A stretch of 64,000 nt of DNA from positions 51,398,001 through 51,462,000 of the forward strand of contig CM126219.1 of NCBI GenBank assembly GCA_052327205.1, written 5' to 3'. Of the stretch, positions 21,983 through 34,815 are shown piece after piece. Below the pieces are notes generated by a model. It had not been told where the DNA came from. It ran no database searches and saw only the letters and a program-made list of their open reading frames with translations. Position numbers and translations under genes: made by a program. Each line of letters opens with the position of its first letter. Position 1 is the first letter of the stretch. The stretch is from Somniosus microcephalus (Eukaryota).

Positions 21983-23115
21983 AAATAACAACAGAAAATG
22001 CTGGAATAACTCAGCAGGCCAGGCAACATCCGTGGAGAGAAAATAGAGTCAACATTTCGAGTCAAACTCTTTGCCAAGACTGGAAAGGCACAGGAAATGA
22101 AATAGATTGAGAGGCCAGGCTGGGAGAGAACAAAAGAGAAGTGAAGAGACATTAAGAGGTATTCAAAACGAGACGAGATGGTGATAGGACTAGTGGAGAC
22201 AAAAGACGGCTCTCGATTAGGTGTGAAATGTGCTGGCAGAATGGGAGACAGCTGCCATGTGGGAGAGAAAAAAAAAAGGGGGGAGGAAAAGGGCCAAAAC
22301 AAAGGTGGGGATAAAAAATAAGTAAAAATGTAACCTGCCCTTATACCTCCCCCCTTCCCACTGTCCAGGGCCCCAAACACCCCTTTCAGGTGAAACAGCG
22401 ATTTACTTGTACTTCTTGCAATCTAGTATACTGTATTCACTGCTCACGATGTGGTCTCCTCTACATTGGGGAGACCAAACGCAGATTGGGTGACCGCTTT
22501 GCGGAACACCTCCGTTCAGTCCGTAAGTGTGACCCCGAGCTTCCGGTCGCCTGTCATTTTAATTCACTGCTCCATTCCCACTCAGACCTCACTGTACTTG
22601 GGCTCTTGCATTGTTCCACGGAAGCTCAGCGTAAACTCGAGGAACAGCACCTCATCTTCCGATTAAGCACTTTACAGCCTTCTGGACTCAATATCAAGTT
22701 CAACAATTTCAGATCATAACCTCGGCCCCTATTATATTTTTACTTATTTTTTATCCCCACCTTTGTTTTGGCCCTTTTCCTCCCCCCCTTTTTTTTCTCT
22801 CTCCCACATGGCAGCTGTCTCTCACTCTGCCAGCACATTTCACACCTAATCTAGAGCCGTCTTTTGTCTCCACCAGTCCTATCACCATCTCGTCTCATTT
22901 TTAATACCTCTTAATGTCTCTTCACTTCTCTTTTGTTCTCTCCCAGCCTGGCCTCTCAATCTATTTCATTTCCTGTGCCTTTCCAGTCTTGACAAAGAGT
23001 TTGACTCGAAACGTTGACTCTATTTTCTCTCCACGGATGTTGCCTGGCCTGCTGAGTTATTCCAGCATTTTCTGTTGTTATTTCGGATTTCCAGCATCCG
23101 CAGTATTTTGCTATC
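21983..23115 (+). mobile_element. Penelope-like element (GIY-YIG 3' fragment) with inverted upstream pLTR and 14-bp TSD
   Basis: NLVYCIHCSRCGLLYIGETKRRLGDRFAEH. 21983-22328 is the reverse complement of 22738-23083. TSD AGGCAAATTATCCT at 21969-21982 and 23116-23129. Confidence 0.92.
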
Positions 23116-24503
23116 AGGCAAATTATCCTGTTTGATGATTGAAGTTATTTCATGGTTAGCAACAGGTTCTAAGAATGTGATACAATAGATGGTGATTGTG
23201 AGACATTTACTGACTGCTTTTGTGTTGCAGGTGCAGGAGCCACCACAGTCTACCCCTACTGTGTTGCTAATTTTAAATTTCTACCAGGATGTTTGAGCCT
23301 AAATATCTGTGTAAAATGTTATTTTAGTAATGAATAGTGCACAGGGCTACATTTCAACTCTGCCGAGTCTTCTTGGTTGAATTGCTCGAACTTCCTGTTG
23401 ATGGCTACCTGGATTTCACAGTTTACAGTATTAACAGCCCAAATTAGAGTCATGATTCTTTTTGTAAATCAGTTAGCACGAAACAGGTTGCAGGCGGAAA
23501 CAACTGTTAGGAGGGTCAATGTCCACATCAATTTGAGGCTAATAGTTGCTAGGAGCACAGAAGGACTTGATGTGCAGTTATACTATCCCTTTTGCATCCA
23601 TGTGGAGCTGTTACTACTTCATAAGAATGCAGAAGTGACAGTATAACATAAGAATCAAATCTCTACCCTGCGCCAGAGGAGAACGATGTGAGCTTCCCTC
23701 AGAGGTCCCCTTACACCTCCTGGGTTTTAAAGGTGTCATGCATCGTATAAGATGGACCTTAGGGAGTCTGTCAAGCCCCTTGGACATTTAGAAACTGCAG
23801 CAGTGTTTATTTAAATGTTGTAAGTGTGTGGAGACTTTGGGACCAAAGCTCTCACATCCTCAAAACACCACAACCATGGACAATTTCACACCAGGCTGCT
23901 CTGTCACTACATCCCATGCATACCCGTACCACAGCTGGAGTCAGTCATGGTGCAGTGTACAATTCAAAGTCTTGCCATGTTCAAATCTGTCACAATCTTC
24001 ACACATCAAAGCATAAAACATATCGTAGGAGCATGATGCACAGCTGATTGCTTGTTCCAATATCCCTGCTTCAGCAAGCGATGGCTAACTTCACAAATTA
24101 TGCACGTGCTGCATGGCTTGTATGCCTACCGTAATATAAATTATAATGATCACTTTATGAAAATTAACATTACAGGCGATCTCCTATTGTAACTTGCCAA
24201 TGAATTCTACTACAGAATTATTTTAAAGAACAGTTATGAATTTCAATAGATGCAGAAAATCTGATGGCAGAAACTTTATTCACTTGACAACAGTAGTTTT
24301 TGATTCTGTAGCTTTCTATGTCACATTCAAACTGCTGGCAAATCCCTGTAACAGTCCCCTCCCTTGACAACATAAGAAAATAATGGAATCTAGCTATCTT
24401 TGTTGCTCCTGGTAATAAACTATGTTTCCTTTTGCAGTGCACAGGTTCCAGGTCACGGACATCATCTCATCTCAGATAATTTGTTGTAAGGTTGAATTCC
24501 AGA

Positions 24504-25570
24504 GTGTCCGTTCCATTTCCCGCACTTTGGCTCTCACCCCTTCCCCTCACTCCCAGAACTACAATAGGGTTCCCCTTGTCCTCACCTTTCACCCCCACCA
24601 GCCTCCACATTCAACGGATCATCTTCCGCCATTTCTGCCACCTCCAGCATGATCCCACCACCAAACATATCTTCCCCTCCTCTTTCAGCATTCCGAAGGG
24701 ACCATTCCCTCCGAGACACCCTGGTCCACTCCTCAATCACCCCCAACACCCTCTCCCCTTCCCACGGCACCTTCCCATGCAAACACAGGAGATGCAGAAC
24801 CTGCCCTTTTACCTCTTCCCTTCCCACTGTCCAGGTCCCCAAACACTCCTTCCAGGTGAAACAGCGATTTACTTGTACTTCTTGCAATTTAGTATACTGT
24901 ATTCGCTGCTCATGATGCGGTCTTCTCTACATTGGGGAGACTAAACGCAGATTGGGTGACCACTTTGCGGAACATCTCCATTCAGTCTGTAAGCATGACT
25001 CCGAGCTTCCGGTTGCCTGTCACTTTAATTCTCCGCTCCACTCCCACTCTGACCTCTCTGTCCTTGGCCTCTTACACTGTTCCAACGAAGCTCAAAGTAA
25101 GCTCGAGGAACAGCACCTCATCTTTCGATTAGGCACTTTACAGCCTTCTGGACTCAACATCGAGTTCAACAATTTCAGACCATAACCTCTGCCCATATTT
25201 TTTCACATGGCAGCTGTTGATGTTTCTGCCATTCCCATTTACACCTCTTTTAGACCCATCTTTTGTTTCTTTACTTGTTCCATTACCATCTCCTTTTGCA
25301 TTGTACCATCATCCCTTTTGTCATTTAATCACTCCTGCCTTCCACCCGATCACAGATCTTCCCGTTTGTTCTTTCCTCCCCTCCCCCTTTCCCTGCCTTT
25401 GCACCTACTTAAAATCTGTTACATCTCTAACTTTTTCCAGTTCTGACAAAAGGTCATCGACCTGAAACATTAACTTGGTTTCTCTCTCCATGGATGCTGT
25501 CTGACCTGTTGAGTATTTCCAGTATTTTCTGTTTCTATTTCAGATTTCCAGCATCCGCAGTGTTTTGATT
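24504..25570 (+). mobile_element. Penelope-like element 3' fragment
   Basis: RVPLVLTFHP, AFRRDHSLRDTLV, CxxxxCxxC linker and GIY-YIG with a stop; candidate TSD TTGAATTC(C/T)AGA. Confidence 0.9.
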
Positions 25571-27150
25571 TTGAATTCTAGATTATTGCCACATCATTCA
25601 AAATGTTCATTAGGAAACAATGGTGAAATTACATAGAATTAAATAGACTATACAGCACAGAAAAGGCCATTTGGCCCAACCAGTCCATGCTGATGTTTAT
25701 GCTCCATTCAAGCCTCCTCCCATTCTTCCTCATTTGAAATTGTGAGATAGAATGGTTCCTGGGTAGGATACCAGATAGTCCAGTCATCTGACTATTTGAT
25801 TTTGCATGTTATGATAGCTTTGAGACAATGAGGTTTGTTAAGTTTGATTCTGAGCATTTCTCATCATTGCGCTAGGATGGCTTTCATTTGATTATAGCTC
25901 GTTAGGCCAAACCTTAACGCACGAAGTTGAGGAATGAGTCAGAGGACCTCTTTCCCCCTTCTATCTCTCTAATCAAAGAGACACCCAAAAAGACTCCTGG
26001 CTGATTTACAAATGGTTACAACTTGTAAGAGAGGAAGATATGACCAGTTACCTTGAGCTTGAACTAGCTTGGAAGTGAGTTTTGGTCAAGAACAGAGGTA
26101 GAGTTGCATTTTATTTATTTTTATATATGAGGAGTATTAGGCAATATATGAAAACTCTGTTCTGTTCATGCATATCTTATATGTAAAGTAAATCAGTTTT
26201 TTGGTTTACAGACTTATGTCATCTTGATAGAGTGCTTTTCAGTTCAGTGATATTACAGTAGTCAGTACACGCAACAAGGGTTTAATCTTATAATCCGCGG
26301 GTCATGCTATACTTTAGCGAGCTATTGGGCAATAAAAGAGCATTCTGGATCATAGAGGATGTAAAGTTTACTTAAGGGACTAACCAGTGGTACTGAATTT
26401 AAGAGAATATCTAGAGCAGATCAGTGACATTTTTAGCAATCAGGCATCACTGATTGACAAGATGGGGAGAGTTAACTAGACATTCGTCATTTCCAGCTGG
26501 TTAAAAGTCAGAAATGGTTAAAGTTTTTGTATAGATGCTTAAATAACTGGTTTGTGCTGATATTCTTACTGCTGCAAGTTGGCCCATGCATTAGTCAGTG
26601 ACCATGCATCAGGCCAGATTTTGCTGGAGTGGGACATCTTGTGGCATGCCCTGTTATTTAGACTTCTTGCATGTTTAGGTTTTAAAATTGTTTGCCCACA
26701 AAGTGGCTGGAAGTGCGAGCTGATAACGGTGCAGCGAGGGCAACAGGGCCTCTGGGATCTTGGTGAACATCAGGTCAAACAGTGTATCGCCTTTCGGATT
26801 GAGAAATAAACAGAGAAATAAATAGACTGAGAAGGAGGGTGAATTAGAGTGGGTGAATTCAATGTCAAATCAGATACAGAAAGAGAAATAATGAGAGGGA
26901 AAGAAAGATTGGATTAAGAGAGAGAGAGAGAGAAAAAAGCCAGAAAGGAAAGTAAGAAAAAAAAAGTAAAAATTAAAAAATTGACATTTTTAAAATCTCC
27001 TAAAATAATTCTCAACCAGAAGGAATGAGACTCCACACTTATTATGGCTTACTTTCTGGGTAAGAGAGGTTGATTGGCAGTCATTAACAATTGTCACATC
27101 ATTAAAAGGGTACTTAAGCTATTAATTACAAGACCTAAAGTCCTGTGGTG

Positions 27151-27709
27151 TGTATGCAGTCATGCACTTGGAATTTACGCTCGAGCGAACGAATGGACGA
27201 ATGGAGGTATGAATGATTAAATAAATGCCAGTTGGACTGGCGTGTACGGATTCTTGGTTTATTGAATGTTTGCAGTTTGTACTGTAAATATTATTGATTT
27301 ACCTGTAAAATTTATTGTTGTATTATATTGTTGACCATAACTGGTCAATGAATGTAATGGATTTACTATGTAATTGTTGAGTTGTATAAATGTTGTTGTA
27401 TTTGAATGTTAAAATTTAAAAAAAAAAGGGAAAAAGAGGATAACAGGTTTTACCAAGTAAAAATGAGGTGTTACTAGATTGCTAGTAGGACTGATATGTA
27501 TTGTTTTTTACTATGGGTACTTGTATTGTTGACATTGTATTTGTCTGGAAAAAAAATGTATTATTCTATCTTGTATTGTTAATTTTAAAGCTGATTTTTG
27601 TTAAGGTTAGCTTTATTGTGGTTAATGAATGTAATGGATTTATTATGAAGTTGATGTATTGTAATAAGTATTACCAGATTTAAATAAAAGATTTGAAATG
27701 CAAAAAAAA
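27151..27709 (+). mobile_element. 5'-truncated polyadenylated LINE (L1/Tx1-like) 3' end
   Basis: 14-bp TSD AAAGTCCTGTGGTG (27137-27150; 27710-27723), AATAAA at about 27683, poly(A) tail, T-rich 3' UTR. Confidence 0.8.
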
Positions 27710-27895
27710 AAAGTCCTGTGGTGAGTTTAATGGGTAATTAATGTGTAAATGAAACAACTTATGCTGTTTTCGTGAAGCTAATGACTGCCAATCCTATGAA
27801 AGAGCAATGCAAACTGCTTAGCACTGTGGGAAGAATTATACCCCAGGGTTATCTGCCCGTCAGCACAGGAGATACCCCCCAAACAGGGTCTACAG

Positions 27896-28465
27896 TACGC
27901 CAGCTCATTAAATATATTTAAGAGGGAATTAGATATATTTCTACGGGCAAAAGGGGTTAAGGGTTACGGAGAGAAGGCGGGGACGGGATACTGAATTAAA
28001 GGATCAGCCATGATCTCATTGAATGGCGGAGCAGGCACGAAGGGCCGAATGGCCTACTCCTGCTCCTATCTTCTATGTATCTATGTATCTATGTACAGAC
28101 ACAGGGCCAGCTACCTCAACATGTCTGAGCAGCAGTGCCAAAGGCGGCTCCGACTTTCGTGAGAGGTAAGGATAAGGGGTAAGCCATTTAGGACAGAGAT
28201 GAGGAGGAATTTCTTCACCCAGAGAGTGGTGAACCTGTGGAATTCTCTGCCACACAGGGCAGTTGAGGCCAATTCATTAAATATATTCAAGAAGGAGTTG
28301 GAAATATTTCTTGAGGCTAAAGGGATCAAGGGATATGGGGAGAAAGCAGGGACAGGGTACTGAATTTGGATGATCAGCCATGATCTCATTAAATGGTGGA
28401 GCAGGCTCGAGGGGCCGAATGGCCTACTCCTGCTCCTATTTTCTATCTTTCTATATTGCTATGTA
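27896..28465 (+). mobile_element. Two short CR1 3' fragments (27896-28092, 28169-28465) interleaved with a Harbinger-derived piece
   Basis: GGCCGAATGGCCTACTCCTGCTCCTA 3' UTRs with microsatellite tails; first fragment flanked by TACAG. Confidence 0.85.
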
Positions 28466-28992
28466 AGCCCAGCACAGTTTTCCAATTAATTCTATGACTG
28501 GGGCTGTCGACACCATGGGCTGGATTTTCATTGGGCTGTGGAGGCGGGATTGGAGGCATGTGGGGGGTTAAAGTTGCATAAACTGGCGGGCGGGCCGAAG
28601 CCCGCCTCCATCCCACCTCCAAGAGGCAGGAAAGGCCGTTAAGGCCCTTAACAACCACTAAATTGGCTCTATAATGCCATTTTAAAAGGCCTTTGTGAGT
28701 TTAACCCTTTTCCCACGTGAAACACGCCTGTTCTGAAACACGACGGTGAAACCTGGCGGGAGCACAAGTGGATTGCTGACTATCAGCTGCAGGTCAACCA
28801 TTAAAGAGATTTGATCAGCCATCATTTGCAGGTGGCAGGACTTAGTTGTCTCAGGTCTGGGGGAACTTTTAGAAGGCATAACCACAGCTGTGGAAGTTTG
28901 GAGCTTGACACCCATCTCCAGTGTGACCTCCTGGGAAACCCCTCTCACCACCTTCACACAGCGCTTCCTCAACTGAGACATATACCAGAAGC

Positions 28993-30252
28993 ATGGGAGC
29001 CATTTATTTCCTTCCCTTCTGGGCATTAGATGAGGAAGAAGAGCAGCTGCGGCACCAGCAGAACCAGGAACAACAGCAGCACCAACAGGAGCAGCACCAA
29101 CAGGAGCACCAAGCTGCTGATCACCCACCTGAAGCTGCACAGGCCAGAAGGGGCCAGCACATGGAAGCCCGTCAGCGCAGGAGATACCCCCCAAACAGGG
29201 TCTACAGACACAGGGTCAGCTACCTCAACATGTCTGAGCAGCAGTGCCAAAGGCGGCTCTGACTTTCGTGAGAGGTAGTGGGTGACATCTGCGCAATGCT
29301 GCAACAACATCTGCAGGTCAAAGGATCAGGTGGACAACCCTTACCAGTGGCCATCAAAGTCACCACCGCACTCAGCATTTTTGCCTCAGGCTCATTCCAG
29401 GGATCAGCAGCAGACATCAGCGGCATCTCCCAGGCGGCCGCACACACTTGCATCACGCAGGCAACCGATGCCCTCTTTGCCATCGCGCACAATCACATCC
29501 ATTTCACGAAGGATCAAGCAAGTATCACGGCGCGTGCGGTTGGATTAGCTAATCTGGCAGGATTTCCAAGGGTGCAGGGCGTCGTTGACTACACACATGT
29601 GGCCCTTAAGGCACCCCATTGCAATCCAGGTATTTTTGTCAATCGCAAGGGCTTCCACTCCCTTAAAGTTCAGCTGGTGTCAGACCACAAGAAGGAAATT
29701 TTGCATGTTTGTGCTGAGTACCCTGGCAGTTGCCATGACTCCTTCATACTGCGCCAGTCTAGTGTGCCTCCACTCTTTAGTCCGCCAGACCAACTTAACA
29801 GATGGCTACTTGGAGACAAGGGCTATCCCCTGAGGACGTGGCTAATGACGCCGTTGAGGAGACCAGCCAACAAAGCTGAGGAGCGCTACAACTCCAGCCA
29901 CATGTCCACCAGATCCATTATCGAGCAAACCATTGGTTTGCTGAAGATGCGCTTCAGATGCCTGGATAGATCAGGTGGAGCCCTGCAGTACTCAGCAGCC
30001 AGGGTCTCCAGAATGGTCGTGGTTTGCTGTGCACTTCACAACATGGCACAGTGTCGTGGCTTGCAGATTCCTGAGGACCAAGTAGCTCCTCACTTATCCT
30101 CCTCAGATGAGGAGGAGGAGGAGAAGGAGGAGGAGGAGGAGGAGAGCGAAAACGAACATCTTGCAGAGGCCCATCAACCAGCGGCAGCTGTATGCAAGAA
30201 CATAGCTGCCCGGGATGCAAGGTATGCACTCATCTTTGCCAGATTTGCTTAG
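28993..30252 (+). pseudogene. Harbinger (HARBI1-like) DDE transposase with one in-frame stop at 29260-29262
   Basis: [32 protein letters not shown] and [15 protein letters not shown] motifs; the 28993 and 29278 ORFs are in the same frame. Confidence 0.92.
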
Positions 30253-30509
30253 CCTAGCCAATCAAGGACTTTTGCCTCGCATCTTCTTACCTGAGCATCG
30301 ACAATGGCCAAGAACCAGCTGACTCCTAGCAATTTGACCACCATAATGACAATTCCAAGTAATCCTAAGCCCTCAATGTGAAAGTCCCATTTGCGAAATG
30401 ACACACACCATAACTACAGCAGTAGCCATCAGATTTTTTATTAACATTATTGATCTGATGGCTTTTTCACATAAAACATCAAATTTCACCCAAGTGACTA
30501 CCCTTGTGA

Positions 30510-32432
30510 CTATTTGTGCAGTATCTTTCTCTTACGCGTGCTCCTACGTGGTGCTTCCCCTGCGGCTTTAGCAGATGTGGAGGCCCCTTGCTCACTTTCC
30601 TGCTGCTCCTGTCTCGACACCTTTAGTGGGCGTCCTCTGGGGTTGCGAACCTGTGAGGGCTCGTCAACAGTCTGCTGCTCCTGTGGCTGTGCAGGGATTG
30701 AGACGCCGATCTCAGCTGGGTGTGGACTCTGGTGGGGCTCTGACCGAGGGCTCTGCAGTGGCATGGACGTGTGAGCGCTTGGAGAGGAGCCCCCACTTCC
30801 TTGATGTCTGCCACCAACTTCCCCCTCATGGATCAGGTCCCCCTCAGCGCTTGCAAGTGGCTTGGGAGCACCTTGCTGCACATCAGGGGGCCACGGGGAC
30901 CCATATCTGTACTGGCAATCCTACTCAGAAGGACTTCCATGAAGGTCTGGTTTCTCTGCTCAATAGATGCCCATTGCTCCTCCAGAGATGTCATTCTATT
31001 CTGAGCACTCACCATGTTTTCTGCACTCTGGCGACTTATCACCTCCATGGAGTTTGCTATCCTTTCCATGGTGATGCGTTCATGCGCCAATGGCTCTATA
31101 AAGGCTCTGCTCATGTTCGCTATGGACTCCTCCATTCGCTCCACACTCGCAGCGACCCTGGAGACAAAACCTGCCAGAGACTCCTGCATCTATTCCTGAA
31201 GTTCCAGCACTGCTGATCTTGTGGATTGACCCAGAGGCAGAGGGTCGACATGCAGCTGAGCCGAGCTGGCAGAGTCCTGCGCCCTCTGACGAGGACTCTC
31301 CACTGCTGTCCCTGTCTCCCCAATCTGCTAATGCTCACTTGTGAGCTGTGATACACCAGGTGACAACACTACTCTATGTCCCGAAGGTCCCACCGAGGTG
31401 TGAGTGTCTGCGCTGGTGCTGGGTGCGCTGAATTCTGCTGACGCTGCGCCCTCAGAGGTTGTAGCTTCCTCTGAGGAGTCTGGAAGCTCAGGCTCTTCCA
31501 CCTGGACAGTGGGGACAGGGGCCCTCGATGGTCCTTTGGGGGAGTAAAGGAAAGAGTTAGAGATGTGAGGTCAAGGTTACATACACATTGCATATTGCAG
31601 ATGATCATAGGTCCATCTGTTAGAGCTTCAGAATCATTATCAGCGACTCATACAATGTCAATAAGTGAGATGTAAAACTATTCTGTCACCAGCTTGCTGT
31701 GATGCACCCATCTGTCTGTCCCCCACTTACGCAGCTTCTTCCACTCCGACGATTTCCAGGATCGCCTCCTCCCAGGGGGTGAGCTGGGCTACTGAGGGTG
31801 GCCCTCCTCCTGTCCTGGCTCTTTCCCTTTTATTGTGAGCTCTCTTTTCCTGCAATGAGGGAGAAAAGTGGAGGTTGAGTGAGAATGAAGGAGTGAGTGT
31901 AGAGATTCCATAGCATAGATACTTAGAAGGAGATAAAGATGGAGTGAGGTGGCAAGACCAAGGGCCCTCCCTGTGTGTTGTCAGTTGTTTTCATAGCATC
32001 ACAGTGATAGGGAGTGTGAGGGCTGCATAGTCGAATAGTTAGGTGAATATGAGCATAGAGAGAAAGGGGTGGGTAAGGGTGCATGGGATGTCAGTGTCAA
32101 GTGGGATGTGGAGGAAGAGATTGCTAAAGCTGAGTGCTGGTGAGGAAAGGAAATGGGGATCAGATTGAGGGTGATGGGAAATGCATACTAACTTTTCCAG
32201 TACGCACAAGGTCATGAAATCTCTTCCTGCACTGTATCCAGGTTCTGCGGGTAACCGTTAATGAGTTGACCTCCTCTGCCACTTGCAGCCACACAGCCTT
32301 GGTCTGCTGGGGAGGCTTCTTCCTCCCTGATGAAGGGAAGAGCACCTCCTTATGAGGTCTAGCTCCCTCAACCAGAGCCTGCAGGGCAACGTCGTCGAAC
32401 CTGGGAGCAGCCCTAGGTCTGTCGCTGGCCAT
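30510..32432 (-). pseudogene. Harbinger Myb/SANT-like DNA-binding gene, spliced (exons ~32432-32194, 31849-31690, 31533-30510), disrupted
   Basis: RAAPRF...W..VA..VN...RTWIQCRKRFHDL, GT-AG introns, EKRAHNKRERARTGGG in exon 2, basic C-terminus PRRSTRKRK. Confidence 0.8.
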
Positions 32433-33507
32433 TGTGACTCCAGGTTCCTCTAACAGTAAATGCCAAAAGGTTGGCAGCCTGCAGAAGAAGCAAGGCTTGT
32501 TGCAGATATTAAATGCCGCAGCAATTATGACATCATATTATGTGACTTTCTGACTGGAAAAACTCATTTGCCAAGGGTTCCCACATGCTGGAACTCAATT
32601 GGACAATTAAGTTAAAATAGTATCAATCTCCCACATCGATTTATATTCGTGTGGATAACACGAAATGCGGATTTCACGACACCAACCTGCCCCTGAATGA
32701 AAATCCAGCCCCATGGGTTCCATTATACAGCAGACACTGATGTCTGTTTTCAACATAGTGCGAGGTCAGATTGATAGAGCCATAATGCAGGTCTTCAATG
32801 ACTTTGTTGCTGCCCAGCAATTTGCTCCCATGTTGTCTCGCTAGACATGCTATGGGAGTGCCCAATAGCAGGGAAATGATAGGATGATGGAACAGTTTTT
32901 CAAGGTGACACCACATCAGTCTCACTTAGCGGCCCTGCTCAAATAATCTGCAATGTGCCAGATGAAATGCAGGTCTAGCCAGCAACTGTGAGCCAACACA
33001 AGAAGCACTAGACCACGTCCTTCCCGAGAGGTACGCACTGACAAGCAATAGCCAACACACCTCCTCTTCACACTGGGCAATCACTAAGTAGGAGCATTAG
33101 GGAAGACAGCAGAAGACATATACCAGACACTCTCACAAAGGGGAAACACTGAGGTATGGCACATTAAGCACAAATACACTTTACAATATCAGGAAGAATA
33201 AAATAGTTCCTGAGGTTCTTTGTACTGAGAGTTCACTTAGGATGGAGCTGAATAAGAAAGAAAAGGAATGGACTGGTATCCATGGTAGTTGATGTAAGGC
33301 AGACAGATCTGGTGGGATTAATGTATTGGTCCACTTTATTGGGTCCATGTGTACTTCGTCAATTGTGCATTTGGCAAAACAGACAGTTAAGTGTATGTCC
33401 TATCGATTGGAACCTGCCTTAAGATTCTTGCTATCGGCAATGGGCATGTCCTCCTGTGCCAAAAGGCTGCACCTGAACCTCTTCTTCTGCATGCTCTATG
33501 GCAATGC

Positions 33508-34815
33508 TTTTTTTTTCATTGATGGGATCTGGGCGTCGCTGGCTAGGCCTGCATTTAGTGCCCATCCCTAATTGCCCTTGAGAAGATGGTGGTGAGCCGC
33601 CTTCTTGAACCGCTGCAGTCCATATGGTGTAGGTACACCCACAATGCTGTTAGGAAGGGAGTTCCAGGATTTTGGCCCAGCGACAGTGAAGGAACGGCGA
33701 TACAGGTCCAAGTCAGGATGGTGTGTGGCTTGGAGGGGAACTTGTAGGTGGTGATGTTCCCATGCGTCTGCTGCCCTTGTCCTTCTAAGTGGTAGAGGTC
33801 GCGGGTTTGGAAGGTGCTGTTGAAGGAGCTTTGGCAAGTTGCTGCAGTGCATCTTGTAGATGGTACACACTGCAGCCACAGTGCGCCGGTGGTGGAGGGA
33901 ATGAATGTTGAAGGTGGTGGATGGAGTGCCAATCAAGCGGGCTGCTTTATCCTGAATGGTGTTGAGCTTGTTGAGTGTTGTTGGAGCTGCACTCATCCAG
34001 GCAAGTGGAGAGTATTCCATCACACTCCTGACTTGTGCCTTGTAGATGGTGGAAAGGCTTTGGGGAGTCAGGAGGTGAGACACTCGCCGCAGAATTCCCA
34101 GCCTCTGGCCTGCTCTTGTAGCCACAGTATTTATATGGCTGGTCCAGTTCAGTTTCTGATCAATGGTAACCCTCAGGATGTTGATAGTGGGGGATTCAGT
34201 GATGGTAATGCCATTGAATGCCAGTGTTGTAGCTGTACTGGAACAGCTTGGCTAGGGGCGCAGCTAGTTCTGGAGCACAAGTCTTCAGTACTATTGCCGG
34301 AATGTTGTCAGGGCCCATAGCCTTTGCAGTATCCAGTGTCTTCAGCCGTTTCTTGACATCACGTGGAGTGAATTGAATGGGCTGAAGACTGGCATCTGTG
34401 ATGCTGGGGACCTCAGGAGGAGGCCGAGATGGATCATCCACTCGGCACTTCTGGCTGAAGATAGTTGCAAATGCTTCAGCCTTGTCTTTTGCACTCACGT
34501 GCTGGGCTCCACCATCATTGAGGATGGGGATATTTTTGGAGCCTCCTCCTCCTGTTAACTGTTTAATTGTCCACCACCACTAACGACTGGATGTGGCAGG
34601 ACTGCAGAGCTTTGATTTGATCCGATGGTTGTGAGATCGCTTAGCTCTGTCTATCGCATGTTGCTTCCGTTGTTTGGCATGCAAGTAGTCCTGTGTTGTA
34701 GCCTCACCAGGTTGACACCTCATTTTTCGGTATGCCTGGTGCTGTTCCCGGCATGCTTTCCTGCACTCTTCGTTAAACCAGGGTTGACCTCCTGGCTTGA
34801 TGGTAATGGTAATGT
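33508..34815 (-). mobile_element. CR1/L2-group (Crack/L2B-like) LINE, internally deleted 3' part
   Basis: KAMGPDNIP, RAGQRLGILRR, IYKAQVRSVMEY and WNSLP motifs; the RT core is missing. Same family at 45730 and, as a tail only, at 19885. Confidence 0.85.

Larger units (their letters stand above)
28517..32711. mobile_element. Full-length PIF/Harbinger DNA transposon
   Basis: 16-bp perfect TIR GGGCTGGATTTTCATT, 3-bp TSD CAT, convergent DDE transposase and Myb/SANT genes. Confidence 0.95.
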
